From positions 1,526,855 through 1,590,854 of the forward strand of contig CAWGVV010000002.1 in assembly GCA_963826125.1 (NCBI GenBank): a DNA stretch of 64,000 bases, in the 5' to 3' direction. Positions 26,449-38,504 of this stretch are shown here, one piece after another. The notes under the pieces are model-generated. The model had not been told where the DNA came from. It searched no databases and was given only the letters and a program-made list of their open reading frames with translations. Positions within the stretch are counted from its first letter, which is position 1. Each line of letters begins with the position of its first letter. Origin of the DNA: an uncultured delta proteobacterium (GTDB lineage: Bacteria; Desulfobacterota; Desulfarculia; JACQYL01; CAWGVV01). Made by a program: the position numbers and the translations under genes.

Positions 26449-28953
26449 ATGCGGGAAAGTCCTCGGGGAGGTGGAAGCGTGGAACAGAATCATATTCGTA
26501 GCGTAAGTGTGTCCATCGGCGGCATGAGCTGCGCCGCCTGCGTGCGCAGGGTGGAAAACGGCCTTAGGGAACTGGAAGGGGTGGAGGATGCGGCGGTGAA
26601 CTTCGCCTCGGAACGGGCCACGGTCGTTTTTGACGACGAAGCGGTTTCGCTGGACACTATCCGCGACCAGGTGCGGGAACTGGGCTACGAGGTACGGGGA
26701 GTCCAGGACGACACTCCCGGGGGCGAAAAGGAAGTCACCATCAACGTGGGGGGAATGAGCTGCGCCGCCTGCGTACGCCGCGTGGAGAACACGCTCGGTT
26801 CGCTTCCCGGCGTAGCGGAGGCCGCGGTCAATTTCGCCGCCAACACGGCGACCGTCCGGTACGATCCTTCGACGGCCTCCCTTGAATCTTTCGGCGCCGC
26901 GCTGGAAGACGCGGGCTACTCCTTCATCGGAGTGCACGAAGAGGCGACCGCCGACCGGGAACGGGAAGCGCGACAGCAGGAAACGCGCCGGCTCACCCGC
27001 GAGTTCATCCTTTCGGCGGTGCTCACGGCGTTCATCATGATCGGGTCGATGCAGCACATGTTCCCGGTCCTCAGGGACGTTCCGCACGGGCTCATGCACG
27101 TGGTGCTCTTCGTACTGACCACGGTGGTGCTTACGGTTTCGGGCAGGCGCTTCTTCAGCGGGGCCTGGAGCGCGGCCAAACACGGCACCTCGGACATGAA
27201 CACGCTCATCGCCATCGGCACCTTCTCGGCATGGGCGTATTCCACCGTGGCCACCTTCCATCCGCAATTTTTCACGTCTTCGGGCATGGAAGCCGCCGTC
27301 TACTTCGACACCGCGGCCATGATCACCACCCTCATCCTGATGGGTCGTCTGCTGGAAGCTCGGGCGCGGTCCCAGACGTCGGACGCCATCCGCAAGCTCA
27401 TGGGGCTGGCAGCCAAAACGGCGCGAGTGATCAGGGACGGCAAGGAAACCGACGTTCCCGTCAGCCTGGTGAGTAAAGACGACCTGGTGGTGGTGCGGCC
27501 GGGCGAGAAAATCCCGGTGGACGGGACGATCGAGGAAGGCCGTTCCTCCGTGGACGAGTCCATGCTCACCGGGGAACCGATTCCCGTGGACAAAAGCGTC
27601 GGCGACGAAGTGATCGGCGCCACCATCAACAAAACGGGCAGTTTCACCTTCCGCGCCAAACGGGTGGGCGGAGACACCGCTCTCTCCCAGATCATACGGT
27701 TGGTGGAGAAAGCCCAGGGCTCGAAGGCTCCCGTGCAGAGGCTGGCGGACAAGGTGGCGTCCATCTTCGTTCCCGTGGTCATCGGCGCGGCCGTGGTAAC
27801 CTTCATCGTCTGGTATTTCTTCGGCCCCGCGCCGGCGCTCACCTACGCCATGCTCAACTTCGTGGCTGTGCTCATCGTGGCCTGCCCCTGCAGCATGGGC
27901 CTCGCCACACCCACGGCCATCATGGTCGGAACGGGCAAGGGCGCCGAGCTGGGCATCCTCATCAAGGACGCCCAGAGTCTGGAACAGGCCCATCGCATCG
28001 ACACGGTGGTCTTCGACAAAACCGGAACCCTCACCCGCGGCAAGCCCCAGGTAACCGACATCCGCACGGTGGAGGGATTCGACGAAAACGCGCTGCTCGC
28101 CATGGTGGCGTCGGTGGAAAAGGCCAGCGAGCATCCCTTGGGCGAAGCCGTGGTGCAGCTGGCGGAGAGCCGGAACATAACACTCGCCCGACCCGAGGAG
28201 TTCAACGCAATATCGGGGTTCGGTGTGGAGGCCAGGCTGAACGGCACCTCCGTTCTGCTGGGGAACGGAAGGCTCATGAGCGAGCGCGGCGTGAGCGCCG
28301 GAACACTCGCGAAGGACGCCGAAAAGCTGCTGAGCGATGGCAAGACGGTCATTTTCGCGGCGGAAAACGGGGAGCTGAAGGGGCTGTTGGCCATGGCCGA
28401 CACCTTGAAGGAACACTCGGCCGAGGCCGTGGAAATGATGAAGAAGATGGGTCTCGAGGTGATCATGATCACCGGCGACCAGCGGCGCACCGCGGAAGCC
28501 GTGGCCCGGCAGGCGGCCATCGACCGCGTGCTGGCCGAGGTGCTGCCCGGCGACAAGGCCGCCGAGATCAAGCGGCTTCAGGAGGAAGGCAGAATCGTGG
28601 CCATGGTGGGCGACGGCATCAACGACGCGCCGGCGCTGGCTCAGGCCGACATCGGCATCGCCATCGGCGCGGGCACCGACGTGGCCGTGGAGGCTTCGAA
28701 CATCACATTGGTGAAGGACGACCTGCGTTCGGTGGTCACGGCCATCAATCTGTCCCACCGGACCATGCGCACCATCAAGCAGAACCTGTTCTGGGCGTTC
28801 ATCTACAACTCTTTGGGCATCCCCATCGCGGCGGGAGTGCTCTTTCCCTTCTCCGGTATCCTGCTGAAACCCGTTTTCGCCGCCGTGGCCATGGCGTTCA
28901 GTTCGGTGTCCGTGGTGAGCAATTCCCTGCGGCTCAAACGCTTCAGGTCCTGA
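26449..28953 (+). CDS. copA: copper-translocating P1B-type ATPase
   Basis: Two HMA domains (GMSCAACV twice), the CPC motif ([12 protein letters not shown]), the DKTGT phosphorylation site, and the GDGINDAP hinge. Confidence 0.94.
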   Translation: MRESPRGGGSVEQNHIRSVSVSIGGMSCAACVRRVENGLRELEGVEDAAVNFASERATVVFDDEAVSLDTIRDQVRELGYEVRGVQDDTPGGEKEVTINVGGMSCAACVRRVENTLGSLPGVAEAAVNFAANTATVRYDPSTASLESFGAALEDAGYSFIGVHEEATADREREARQQETRRLTREFILSAVLTAFIMIGSMQHMFPVLRDVPHGLMHVVLFVLTTVVLTVSGRRFFSGAWSAAKHGTSDMNTLIAIGTFSAWAYSTVATFHPQFFTSSGMEAAVYFDTAAMITTLILMGRLLEARARSQTSDAIRKLMGLAAKTARVIRDGKETDVPVSLVSKDDLVVVRPGEKIPVDGTIEEGRSSVDESMLTGEPIPVDKSVGDEVIGATINKTGSFTFRAKRVGGDTALSQIIRLVEKAQGSKAPVQRLADKVASIFVPVVIGAAVVTFIVWYFFGPAPALTYAMLNFVAVLIVACPCSMGLATPTAIMVGTGKGAELGILIKDAQSLEQAHRIDTVVFDKTGTLTRGKPQVTDIRTVEGFDENALLAMVASVEKASEHPLGEAVVQLAESRNITLARPEEFNAISGFGVEARLNGTSVLLGNGRLMSERGVSAGTLAKDAEKLLSDGKTVIFAAENGELKGLLAMADTLKEHSAEAVEMMKKMGLEVIMITGDQRRTAEAVARQAAIDRVLAEVLPGDKAAEIKRLQEEGRIVAMVGDGINDAPALAQADIGIAIGAGTDVAVEASNITLVKDDLRSVVTAINLSHRTMRTIKQNLFWAFIYNSLGIPIAAGVLFPFSGILLKPVFAAVAMAFSSVSVVSNSLRLKRFRS

Positions 28954-29017
28954 ACACGGTTTTTTCGTACCCCCGTACGACGCACGCTCCGACGGAACGC
29001 ATTCGCCGGGGCGTGAA

Positions 29018-29233
29018 TCATTTCTTCTTCCTCTTCAGCACCGAAGAGCCGACCAGCAGCACCACGAAGAACACCGCGATCAACCCCACCACCCAGATAA
29101 GCCGCGCCAGCCAGACGACAAATTCCCCGCTCGCCAGTCCCTGCAGGTAGCGGGGCACCGGCAGGATCAGCGATGCCGCGAACAACAGGACCGCCGCGCG
29201 GAGAATCAAAGGTCCATAGCTGCGTCCGGCCAT
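29018..29233 (-). CDS. small membrane protein, hypothetical
   Basis: Two hydrophobic helices and a basic tail KRKKK. Start set at MAGRSYG. No homolog recognised. Confidence 0.4.
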   Translation of the reverse strand: MAGRSYGPLILRAAVLLFAASLILPVPRYLQGLASGEFVVWLARLIWVVGLIAVFFVVLLVGSSVLKRKKK

Positions 29234-29289
29234 GGCGGAACCTCCGTTGCACAACGTGTGAGCAGAATCGGGGAAGGAGCGGCGCCCCG

Positions 29290-30363
29290 TCATTCGTAGC
29301 GGGACATTTCCTGGGCCGCCAGAAGCTGGTTGACCGCCACGCCCGCCGATCGGCGCACGCGTTCGTCCTTGTCCATCAGCAGCCCCAGAATATCTTCCAA
29401 CGCTTCGACCGCTCCCAGGTTGGACAGGGAATCGGCGGCCGCTTGGCGTACCTCCGCCGCCGGGTCCTTGAGGGCCGCGCGCAGAACGGAGAGGGTATTT
29501 TCGTCCCGTTTCCCCGTGTTCCCGAGGAAAACCGCGGCCACGGTTCGGACGCTTCGATGGGGATCGGTCATTTTTTTCATCACGGCGGGAATGGCGTCGT
29601 TCAATTTTACATGATTGAGGGCGATGATGGCTTCCCGCCGGATGGTCTCCGTCTTGTCTTCCAGCAGTCCCATCAGTTTGGGGGCGGCCTCCGTGATGCG
29701 CAGGATGCCCGTGAATACCACGGTCGCTTTTTTTACTTCGGCGTCGGCGCTGTCGAGGAACGGCACGATCCGTTCGCCCGCCCGGGAAGATTCGAGCGAT
29801 ACCAGTCCGTTCATGGCCGCGATGATGACCTGGGGATTGTCGTTGTCCAGCGCCTGGAGCAGGGGATTCTCAGCAATGGACGGATCGATGCGGTTCAGAG
29901 CGATCGCGGCGGCTTTCTTGACCTGCCACACCTCTTCTTCCTTGGTCCCGCCCTTGGTTTGCTCGGGCGCGGACTTGGAGGAAAGGGCCGCGCAGGAGAG
30001 CACCCGCTGGCGCAGGCTCGGCACATCTCCCCCGACCTTCTTCACCAGCAGGGGACGGGCCTTTTCCGCTTTCAGCCTCCCCAACGTCTCGGCCGCGGCG
30101 GCACGCAGCTGCCACGCCTGGTGGGAAAGGTGCGAAATGACCGCGTCGATGCTTCCCGCGATCGAATGCATACCGGCCAGTCGGATTCCGCAGCGGATCA
30201 CGTTGGGGTCGCTATCGTTCAGAGCCCGGGCTACCACTTGCTCAATTAGTCCCATTATTCCATCCAGTGAGGTTCGCTCCGCCGTTTGTTTCGGAGCGGT
30301 TTTCTTTTCTTCTGCCTTCTCGGCGATAACCCGACCGAACGATTCACACGCGTTGAACGGCAT
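29290..30363 (-). CDS. HEAT-repeat (PBS-lyase-like) protein
   Basis: Repeated roughly 30-aa units of the type D.DP.VR..AA.ALG.LG...A...L across 357 aa. Confidence 0.75.
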   Translation of the reverse strand: MPFNACESFGRVIAEKAEEKKTAPKQTAERTSLDGIMGLIEQVVARALNDSDPNVIRCGIRLAGMHSIAGSIDAVISHLSHQAWQLRAAAAETLGRLKAEKARPLLVKKVGGDVPSLRQRVLSCAALSSKSAPEQTKGGTKEEEVWQVKKAAAIALNRIDPSIAENPLLQALDNDNPQVIIAAMNGLVSLESSRAGERIVPFLDSADAEVKKATVVFTGILRITEAAPKLMGLLEDKTETIRREAIIALNHVKLNDAIPAVMKKMTDPHRSVRTVAAVFLGNTGKRDENTLSVLRAALKDPAAEVRQAAADSLSNLGAVEALEDILGLLMDKDERVRRSAGVAVNQLLAAQEMSRYE

Positions 30364-30508
30364 CCCCCGCTTCGGCCGGGCTTCCCCCTTATACTATCGG
30401 CCGTTTTCCGGAAAAGTTGACCGTACCGGAAGGGACGGTTCTTTTTCCCCGGTTCGTTCCACCGTTGACGGGGCCGTGAGAGGCCCGCAGGCGGCCTCTT
30501 GCCCAAAA

Positions 30509-30853
30509 TCAACGAGATTTTCCCGCTTTATGCCATGTCCGGAAAAATTCCGTTAACATCTTGCCATAGAGCGCCGATATTTGCATCGAGCATCGGATTC
30601 CTGATTTGAAGACGATACGGCAACGGCCGGCACTCCATTTTGCGGAAAACCCGTTCCGCCGAAGAAATTCGTGGAAGCCGCCGATGAACGCCGTTCCTGA
30701 AATAACAAAAACAGGAGAAGAACCCGAAATCAAGTCTTTTCCCGCGTCATTCAATACCCGGGCACGGACCTCAATGCCGAGCTTGTGTAACAGCCGACTC
30801 CGGAAAGGCGGGAAATCACCGCGCAGCGTCGATTGAACAAATTTTTCATGCAT
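30509..30853 (-). CDS. hypothetical protein (weak call)
   Basis: 114-aa ORF in an otherwise empty spacer. No motif recognised. Confidence 0.25.
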   Translation of the reverse strand: MHEKFVQSTLRGDFPPFRSRLLHKLGIEVRARVLNDAGKDLISGSSPVFVISGTAFIGGFHEFLRRNGFSAKWSAGRCRIVFKSGIRCSMQISALYGKMLTEFFRTWHKAGKSR

Positions 30854-30943
30854 CGGAACGGAAAGGACGCCGGTTGTGCGTCGAACGGATCTTCAAAAGA
30901 ATACGGTGGCGCTAATAACTGATTGTTTTATCATAATTCGTGC

Positions 30944-30961
30944 ATGCTCTCTAGAGAGCAT
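30944..30961. repeat. perfect 18-bp palindrome ATGCTCTCTAGAGAGCAT
   Basis: Lies in an AT-rich spacer about 250 bp upstream of the MCP start. Candidate dimeric regulator site. Confidence 0.5.
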
Positions 30962-31207
30962 TCGAGAAGATATTTATTAAAGTTCCACCGTAAGTGACCG
31001 ATAATTTCATTAGGTTATCCATCGGGCAAACCGCGGAGAAGGGAACGATGAAGCGAGGTTAACCACTTTCATCCGCGTACACTGCATGCATGGATGGCGG
31101 ATGTGCCGAAGGAGCGTTTTCAGCGGGAGCGGCTCATGTATCTTTCCAGGGAACGGTAAAATCGGGTGCGCCGGACGGAGCAACCACGTCAAACGGGGGT
31201 AAGGGGA

Positions 31208-34027
31208 ATGAAGGTCAAAAAGAGGAAAACCGGGAAACATCTGTTCGGGAACCTGAGGCTCGGCACGAAACTGGTGGCGGCCTTTCTTCTCGTGGGAGTG
31301 ATTCCTTTCGCGGTCGTGTCGGCCATGTCTCTCTGGCAAGCAAGCCGCGCCTTGTCCTCACAGGCATTCGATCAACTCGAGAGCGTGCGGGAAATCAAGA
31401 AGGCGCAGGTCGAGCAATTCTTCGCCGGGCTGGGCGAAGACATGCAAGTGCTCAAGGATACCGTAGCCAGCCTGCGGCAGGCTGCCTTCGCCAAACTGGA
31501 AATGGTGCAGGAAGTAAAAAAGGCGCAGGTGGAGAAATACCTGAGGAGATGCTTGACCGACATTTCGGTGTTGTCCAAAAGCAGCAGCACGGGGGCCAGT
31601 CTGGGCCGCTTCCAGGCGGCCATCGAAAACGATGAGATGAAGACCGAATCGGCCTTGTGGCAATACGCTGCGAGCCAATACGACGACAGCTACAAGCAGT
31701 TCAAGCGGGAATACGGGTACGAAGATGTCCTGCTGATTTCAACAAAGGGCGACGTGGTCTACTCGACCAACAAGGGGCCGGAGTTAACCGAGAACGTCGC
31801 CGGCGAAAAACTGAAAGGTTCTCCGCTGGCCAAATGTTTCGCCAAATCGTTGAAAGAGATTTCCCTCCAGGACTTCGAACCGTACGCAGTGGCCATGAAC
31901 CGGCAATCCGCGTTTGTGGGCGCCCCCGTTGAGGAAGGCAGGAAGGGCGTGGTGGGAGTGGTGATAGTAAGGTTGTCGGTCGATCCGATCAACGCCATCA
32001 CCCAGACGAACGCGGGCATGGGAAAAGGTCAATCGTATCTGGTGGGAGCCGGCCAAAACGGCCCGGTATTCCGCAGCGACTTGATCAACATGGGGGACAA
32101 ATCCGCCCAGTACAAAATCGGAGCTTCCATATCCACGCCGTATGTGGATAAAGCCCTTGCGGGAGAGACCGGAAGCGGCGTCTTTCTCGATTCGCTCGGT
32201 AATCCGTGTCTGGTTTCCTACAAGCCTCTGAATGTTCCGGGTCTGACGTGGGGTTGCATTTCAAAGGTCGATATGGAAGAAGCCATAGCACCGAAACTGG
32301 TCGGAGAAGAAGAAGACTATTATGCCAAGTATGTGAAGGGATTCGGCTATCGCGACCTGCTCCTGATCAACCCCGACGGAAAGGTGTTCTACACGGTGGC
32401 GCACGCGGCCGACTACGGCACCAACATGTCCGACGGCAAGTACGCGTCATCGCAACTGGGATCGCTCTTCAAGGAAGTCATAAGGACGAAGCTGTTCGGG
32501 GTTTCCGATTGCCAGTTGTACGAACCGAGCAGCAACGAACCGGCCACCTTCATCGCCCAGCCCATCGTCGTCAATGACAAGGTGGAAGTGGTGGTTGCAC
32601 TTAATCTCCCCCTGGACCAAATGAACAAGTTCATGCACCAGCGGCAAGGAATGGGAAAAACCGGCGAAACCTACCTGATCGGCCCGGACAAGTTGATGCG
32701 TTCCGATTCAATGCTCGATCCGAAAACGCATTCCGTGAAAGCATCGTTCACGAACCCGGAAAAGGGGAAAGTGGACACGCCGGCCACGCGTCAAGCGCTC
32801 GCGGGAAAAACCGGTGAGGCGATCATAAGGGACTATTCCGGCGAAGAGGCGCTCACCTCCTACACCCCCGTTTCCGTGGGAGGTCGCACCTGGGCGCTCG
32901 TGGCTCAGATCGACCAGACCGAAGCGTTCCTCGCGGTGCAGCATATTAAGTGGCTTATCGGACTCATTGCCGTGATCGGCATCGGAGCCATCATCATTGT
33001 TGCATGGTTCTCGACCCGCGCCATCACCAAGCCCATCAACAGGGTGATACAAGGTTTGGCGAGGGGGGCGGAACGGGTGACTTCGGCCTCGGAACAGGTC
33101 TCGGCATCCAGCCAGCAGTCGGCCGAAGGGGCCTCGGAACAGGCGGCGTCCATTGAGGAGACTTCTTCCTCCATGGAGGAGATGTCCTCCATGACCAAAC
33201 AGAACGCGGACAACGCCAATCACGCCGACTCGCTCATGAAGGAAACAAAGAGCGTGGTGAATCAGGCCAACGGGTCCATGTCGGCGCTCACTTCTTCCAT
33301 GACCGAAATTTCCAATGCCAGCAAGCAGACGTCCAAGATCATAAAGACGATCGACGAAATCGCCTTCCAGACCAACCTCCTGGCGCTCAACGCGGCAGTG
33401 GAGGCGGCTCGGGCCGGGGAGGCGGGCGCGGGTTTCGCCGTGGTGGCGGACGAAGTGCGCAGCCTGGCCATGCGTGCGGCGGATGCCGCGCGGAACACCG
33501 CCGGCCTCATCGAGGAAACGGTGAAAAAAGTGGACGAAGGCGCCAAACTGGTGAAGCAATCGAACGACGCTTTCTCCGGAGTGGCGGAAAGTTCGTCCAA
33601 GGTGAGCGAGATTGTGGCGGAAATCGCCGCCGCCTCCAACGAACAGTCGCAGGGCATCCAACAGGTGAACAAGGCCATCACCGAAATGGACCGCGTGACC
33701 CAGCAGAACGCGGCCAATGCCGAAGAATCCGCGTCGGCCTCGGAAGAACTCAATTCCCAGGCACGGGAACTCCGCGGCCTGGTGGGCGAGCTGGTGACGC
33801 TCGTCGGCAACGACAAAAACGGTAAGAAGGATCGCCGGAGCAAGGAAACCGCTTCGCCGGGTCTGCCCGCCGGAGCGAACGCGTCGAAAAAACAGCTCGC
33901 TACCCTTCCGCGAGAAGGATCGGCCGGGAAAAAGGCGGCCCCGGAAGGGCGCGGCGGACAAAACAAAAAGGCATTGTCTCCGGAGGATGTCATCCCCCTG
34001 GAAAAGGAGGACTTTGAGGACTTCTGA
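31208..34027 (+). CDS. methyl-accepting chemotaxis protein with large periplasmic (double-Cache-like) sensor and HAMP
   Basis: TM helix, about 550-aa ectodomain, TM helix, HAMP, then the signalling hairpin [37 protein letters not shown]. Start set at ATG 31208 after AAGGGG. Confidence 0.9.
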   Translation: MKVKKRKTGKHLFGNLRLGTKLVAAFLLVGVIPFAVVSAMSLWQASRALSSQAFDQLESVREIKKAQVEQFFAGLGEDMQVLKDTVASLRQAAFAKLEMVQEVKKAQVEKYLRRCLTDISVLSKSSSTGASLGRFQAAIENDEMKTESALWQYAASQYDDSYKQFKREYGYEDVLLISTKGDVVYSTNKGPELTENVAGEKLKGSPLAKCFAKSLKEISLQDFEPYAVAMNRQSAFVGAPVEEGRKGVVGVVIVRLSVDPINAITQTNAGMGKGQSYLVGAGQNGPVFRSDLINMGDKSAQYKIGASISTPYVDKALAGETGSGVFLDSLGNPCLVSYKPLNVPGLTWGCISKVDMEEAIAPKLVGEEEDYYAKYVKGFGYRDLLLINPDGKVFYTVAHAADYGTNMSDGKYASSQLGSLFKEVIRTKLFGVSDCQLYEPSSNEPATFIAQPIVVNDKVEVVVALNLPLDQMNKFMHQRQGMGKTGETYLIGPDKLMRSDSMLDPKTHSVKASFTNPEKGKVDTPATRQALAGKTGEAIIRDYSGEEALTSYTPVSVGGRTWALVAQIDQTEAFLAVQHIKWLIGLIAVIGIGAIIIVAWFSTRAITKPINRVIQGLARGAERVTSASEQVSASSQQSAEGASEQAASIEETSSSMEEMSSMTKQNADNANHADSLMKETKSVVNQANGSMSALTSSMTEISNASKQTSKIIKTIDEIAFQTNLLALNAAVEAARAGEAGAGFAVVADEVRSLAMRAADAARNTAGLIEETVKKVDEGAKLVKQSNDAFSGVAESSSKVSEIVAEIAAASNEQSQGIQQVNKAITEMDRVTQQNAANAEESASASEELNSQARELRGLVGELVTLVGNDKNGKKDRRSKETASPGLPAGANASKKQLATLPREGSAGKKAAPEGRGGQNKKALSPEDVIPLEKEDFEDF

Positions 34028-34039
34028 TCGGCCTTTCGG

Positions 34040-35473
34040 TTACCGTCCCCGGAATCTGTTCCAGGCCCGGTGGACCCGCATCCGAAGATAGGCGGCGTTC
34101 ACCGGGAGCAACATGCGGCGATCGAAATTGGGATTGGGAAGACCTCCCAGGAAGGAAAGGTAGTTGACGTGGTCGGCTACCGATACCGGACACCCCGGCG
34201 CGTGGAGGTAGCGCGGCCCTGTGCTCTGCAAGCAGCGCCGGAGGGCATGGGCGGTCTTGAGCAGCATGTCGTTGGATTGCGTGTCGTCGGGGCCGAGCGT
34301 CCGCGATGAACGGTAGGACGGTTCGATGGTGACTTTCCGGCCCTGGATCGTCCCTTCCCAGGAGGTGCATGCGCCGGCAAAGATCACCCGTTCGTCGTCT
34401 TCCAAATCCAACGGCCCTTCCACCCGGCCCACGACGTAACGGATTTTTTTCATCCTCGGAAGCGCGTCGGGGACGAAGCCCTTCAGGATGTGAACCGCCT
34501 CCTGCAACGCTCCGGGGCACCCGCCCCAGCAGTAGTCGGCCGAGTGGCTTTCCGGAAAACTCCCCACTGTACAGCGCAGATTGCCGCCGTTGAAGTAACG
34601 GTCCACCCGTTCCAGCACGAACTGGAAGTTTTTCGTCTTTTCCCGCACCTCGTCGAGCGGGAAATCGCCCAGCACTTCGATTTCATCCGCATCCATGGGG
34701 CCGAGCCCTCTCTGGGAGGCGAGCGCCAGGTGTTTTACGTCTCCCGGTTCCACGCTCACCATGCGGCAGCACACGCTGTCCACGGCGCAGGGATTGGTCC
34801 CCATGACGATTGCGCCGAGAGGGAAGGGGGTGGGGGTGAGCATCATCTTCTGTCCGGCCGTGATGCCGTCCATGGCGATGAAACCGGTATTGACCGCCTG
34901 CTGCAGGTCGGCGATTTTGTGCTCCAGAAAGGTGTTGTGGTCCAGAAGCCGGTGACGGTCGTCCTGGAGGCCGACCAGGTTCTTGATGCTCAGGGTGAGT
35001 CGCGTCCAGGGGTGAGCCTTGAATTTCGGCAGGTTGATGAAGAAATCGCAATCCGCCACGGGCCGGGGCAGCCGGATGACGTTCCGAAGGGGAGCGGTCC
35101 CGCTCAGCGCTACGGGTACGTGCTCCGTTTCGTCGAAATAGTAGGTTTTCACGCCGTGCCGTCGAAGCACGGGCGGATAACCGGCGTTGTCGAAGCAGAA
35201 CCGTGTCGGTATGGTGATGCCGGACCGTTCTCCCACGGCAAGTTCGTCCAGGTCCGGCGCCCTTTCCCTGACCGCAGTAATGACGCCTTCCAGAAATTCC
35301 CGGCGTGTGTGGGCATGGGGAAAGACTTCGGGATGGGCGAGCACCACGTTCGGTTTGAGCAGCACCTTGCCGTGCGGACGCACCTCGAGTTCTTCCATTC
35401 CCTCCCGGACGATGGAAGCGATCCTCGCCGGATCGTATTCGCTGCAGCGCATGATGAGGACTTTTTGTTTCAT
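34040..35473 (-). CDS. DUF362 domain-containing protein
   Basis: N-terminus VLIMRCSEYDP...VLLKPNVV is typical of DUF362. 477 aa. Confidence 0.75.
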   Translation of the reverse strand: MKQKVLIMRCSEYDPARIASIVREGMEELEVRPHGKVLLKPNVVLAHPEVFPHAHTRREFLEGVITAVRERAPDLDELAVGERSGITIPTRFCFDNAGYPPVLRRHGVKTYYFDETEHVPVALSGTAPLRNVIRLPRPVADCDFFINLPKFKAHPWTRLTLSIKNLVGLQDDRHRLLDHNTFLEHKIADLQQAVNTGFIAMDGITAGQKMMLTPTPFPLGAIVMGTNPCAVDSVCCRMVSVEPGDVKHLALASQRGLGPMDADEIEVLGDFPLDEVREKTKNFQFVLERVDRYFNGGNLRCTVGSFPESHSADYCWGGCPGALQEAVHILKGFVPDALPRMKKIRYVVGRVEGPLDLEDDERVIFAGACTSWEGTIQGRKVTIEPSYRSSRTLGPDDTQSNDMLLKTAHALRRCLQSTGPRYLHAPGCPVSVADHVNYLSFLGGLPNPNFDRRMLLPVNAAYLRMRVHRAWNRFRGR

Positions 35474-35650
35474 GGTTTTCCACTCTGCCGAAACGTAATG
35501 TATACCGTATACCGTAAAGAGCGGCCATTGTAAACGCGCGAACCGCCCGGCGGTGCGTGAAAATCAGTTCGGAATCGTTCGGGAAAAATTGAAGAAACAT
35601 TCGCCGAGGCAAGGAGCCGAGGAAACGGCCGGAATTGCCCGAATCGATCC

Positions 35651-36310
35651 TCAGCGCCCGCAGCAGTGTTTGAACTTGCGGCCGCTGCCGCAGGGGCAGG
35701 GGGAGTTGCGGCCGACCTCACGGGCTTTGTCGATAACGGGACGGGAGAAAAAAAGATCCCGTAGGCACAACGCACCCCACAGCAGGAAGGGCATGGCTTC
35801 CATGCGGAACACGAGGAAGAAGCGGTTCAGTCCTTTCACCGCCGCTACCTCCCACTGCGGGTACGTCGCCACCGCCCGTGTTCCGTAATACATGAAATAG
35901 ATCCGTTTGACCTCGGCGAACATGTCCAGGACATGGAGGCCCACCAGCAGGAGGAGCGCGATCGATGCCAATTTGAACCGCCGGGGCCAGGCGATGCCGG
36001 GGGTGGCCAGGATCAGCGCCACGGTGATGGCGACGTTGGCCTGGAAATCCCTCCAGATGAAAAAGTAGCGGCGCTTGTCGGGGTCGTTCTTCACCTTTTC
36101 CGCCTCGGGCTCCACTACGATGCCGTGCTGGTGCAAGGTGAGGGATATGGGGTCCCGGGGCTGGGTGATGTTTACCAGAAACGTTACGGGTCCGCTTACC
36201 GCACCGATATACGGTCCGGCCAGCGGTTTCCAGAAAAAGAGAATGACGGTGAAATACACCCCGGACAATACCAGAAAAAGGAATGCTTTAGCGGGAAGGG
36301 ATTTCGGCAT
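35651..36310 (-). CDS. polytopic membrane protein with C-terminal SEC-C metal-binding motif
   Basis: About five hydrophobic helices. C-terminus [17 protein letters not shown]. Overlaps the upstream exosortase-like gene by 23 nt. Confidence 0.65.
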   Translation of the reverse strand: MPKSLPAKAFLFLVLSGVYFTVILFFWKPLAGPYIGAVSGPVTFLVNITQPRDPISLTLHQHGIVVEPEAEKVKNDPDKRRYFFIWRDFQANVAITVALILATPGIAWPRRFKLASIALLLLVGLHVLDMFAEVKRIYFMYYGTRAVATYPQWEVAAVKGLNRFFLVFRMEAMPFLLWGALCLRDLFFSRPVIDKAREVGRNSPCPCGSGRKFKHCCGR

Positions 36311-36812
36311 AACGCTGCGCCCATACGAACCAGAGGACCACGCCGAAGGCGATGACCAGCGCCTGCATGACGTAGATGTGCATGTCTTCAAAATAGTGGG
36401 GAAAATACGCCAGGGTCAGGAAAAGCGCCACCACCCGGAGCACGTTCAATATCTGAATGGCCGCGAACCCGACCGTCGCTCCCAGCACTTTGGCTTTCCA
36501 GGAAGCGCGAAAGGCGGCTACCGCGGCCACGAAGATGACGCTCGCCGTAAGGCCGTCGCAGCCTTTGGACACCCGCACGCTTATGCCGTTTCCCGTGAGC
36601 AGGTCGTTCGAAACGCGCACCGCGGAGCCGAAGAGCGACAGCAGCAGACCGGCCGCCTTCGCCGAAAATCCGGCAAAGATGGCCCAGAGGTCCAGCCAAC
36701 GGCCGAGAACCTCCTCGGTCACCAGCAGGTGAAAGACCACCAGAATGGCCAGAAATTTGGCGCAGAAAAGTATGGACTCGCGATGTCTGGAGTACGCTGT
36801 CCGTATATTCAT
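36288..36812 (-). CDS. small exosortase/archaeosortase-family protein
   Basis: 174 aa, polytopic. Candidate catalytic pattern Cys (SKGCDGL), Arg (NVLRVVAL), His (MHIYVMQ), in the order seen in exosortases. Start trimmed to ATG 36812. Confidence 0.6.
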   Translation of the reverse strand: MNIRTAYSRHRESILFCAKFLAILVVFHLLVTEEVLGRWLDLWAIFAGFSAKAAGLLLSLFGSAVRVSNDLLTGNGISVRVSKGCDGLTASVIFVAAVAAFRASWKAKVLGATVGFAAIQILNVLRVVALFLTLAYFPHYFEDMHIYVMQALVIAFGVVLWFVWAQRYAEIPSR

Positions 36813-37208
36813 CCCTAAACCCCTCACTTCAGACGGAAAAATTCCCGCGGGTGATTCCCCGCAAATTTCGTGCCGCAAGCCTAGCGTTTTCGCGATCAAT
36901 CGTAAAGGTCTTTTGCTGGCCGTGCCGGACTCCGGAGGAAGGCGAAACACGTTCCCTCCCCCATGCCGGAGTCCTCGTTTTCAGGCGAAGCGTTTCCAAT
37001 TCGGCACTATCTCCCGAAATCGATGGGAGTGCATATTATTGCCCCTAAAGTTGTTCCCTCAAGGCGTCGATGAATAAGAAGCACAGTGACGGCGTGTACA
37101 GATTCCGGTTTCGCAGGAGAAAAAGGGGCGTGCATCACCGTCTTTTTTGAAAACGAGACTCTTTACAACGTCGAGCCGATCTCGACAACGGGAAAAGGTA
37201 ATCGAGCA

Positions 37209-38459
37209 ATGAGAACCATGAAGCCTCAGACTCAAATCGGCATGATTTTTCTCGTCATCGCGATAGGGACAATTGCAGGGGCCAGGTTTACCATCCCGTA
37301 CCTTTGGGCCGGGATCGCGGCGTTCACGATTCTTTCCGGTCTCTATGCCTGCCGGATGACGGCCAAACGGGACTTGCGGATGATCTACCTGGAAGGTTCG
37401 CTGGATGCGGTGCAATTGCCCATCACGACAACCGACATGAACATGAACTGGGTGTTCATCAACAAGACAACCGAAAGCCTGCTGGCCATGAACGGTCTGG
37501 ACAAGAAAAGCTGCCTCGGCCTCCACTGTTCCAACTGGAAAGCGGACATCTGCGGAACGGAAAACTGCGGTGTCCACAGCCTGCGTCAGGGAAGGCCCCA
37601 AACCAATTACCACCAGGAGTATCCGGACAAGGCGTCCACCTACATGCAGGTCGATACCAGCTACATTCACGACCGCAAGGGCAATCGGATCGGCCATATC
37701 GAAATTGTCACCAATATCGACGCACAGAACCGGTTGCGGCACACGGTCGAAAACATTGCCGCATCCATGGAGGAATCGTCGGCTTCCCTCGAAGAGATGG
37801 CTTCCCTGACCAAACAGACGGCATCCACGGCGGACGAGGCGGATGCGCTGATGGGAGAAGCGAACAGCACCGTGAACTCGGTGAGCGCCGCCATGGCCAA
37901 GCTGACCGAATCCATGGACGACATCACCAAGGCCAGCGAGCAGACCTCCAAAATCGTCAAGACCATTGACGAAATCTCTTTCCAGACCAATCTGCTGGCG
38001 CTGAATGCCGCCGTGGAAGCGGCTCGGGCCGGTGAAGCCGGCGCGGGTTTCGCCGTGGTGGCGGAAGAAGTGAGGAATCTGGCCATGCGGGCCGCCGATG
38101 CGGCCAAGAACACGTCCGAACTGATTGAAGGAACTGTCCGGAAAATCAACGACGGCCATGCCCAGGTGCAAAACAACAACCAGCAATTCAAGGGATTGTC
38201 GGGCGTCATCAGCCGGGCTTCCGAGTTGTTCGGGAACATCGCCAATTCGGCACGGGAACAGTCGCAGGGCATCGACCACGTAAGCGAAGCCGTGGCGCAG
38301 ATCGAGACGGTGCTGCTGGAAAACAGCGGAGGCGGACCCACGAAGGAACTCGCCGGGATTTCCGGCGGACCGGGCAAGAAAGCTTTCAAGTCGTCCGCCG
38401 GCAAGGCGAAGCCCGCCGCGCTGATCCCCCTGGAGGAAGACGGACTCAGCATGTTCTGA
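37209..38459 (+). CDS. methyl-accepting chemotaxis protein with short Cys-rich sensor module, no HAMP
   Basis: Two N-terminal helices, then a PAS-like segment carrying [22 protein letters not shown], then the signalling hairpin [37 protein letters not shown]. Confidence 0.85.
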   Translation: MRTMKPQTQIGMIFLVIAIGTIAGARFTIPYLWAGIAAFTILSGLYACRMTAKRDLRMIYLEGSLDAVQLPITTTDMNMNWVFINKTTESLLAMNGLDKKSCLGLHCSNWKADICGTENCGVHSLRQGRPQTNYHQEYPDKASTYMQVDTSYIHDRKGNRIGHIEIVTNIDAQNRLRHTVENIAASMEESSASLEEMASLTKQTASTADEADALMGEANSTVNSVSAAMAKLTESMDDITKASEQTSKIVKTIDEISFQTNLLALNAAVEAARAGEAGAGFAVVAEEVRNLAMRAADAAKNTSELIEGTVRKINDGHAQVQNNNQQFKGLSGVISRASELFGNIANSAREQSQGIDHVSEAVAQIETVLLENSGGGPTKELAGISGGPGKKAFKSSAGKAKPAALIPLEEDGLSMF

Positions 38460-38504
38460 GGGTATGGTTCCGGGAAGCGAACCGGTAAACATCGTGCCCA
38501 AAGG

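Noticed and set aside
26407-28758. 783-aa ORF on the - strand
   Set aside because: Antisense to copA (HMA, CPC, DKTGT and GDGINDAP all present on +). The composition is a low-complexity R/G/H artefact.
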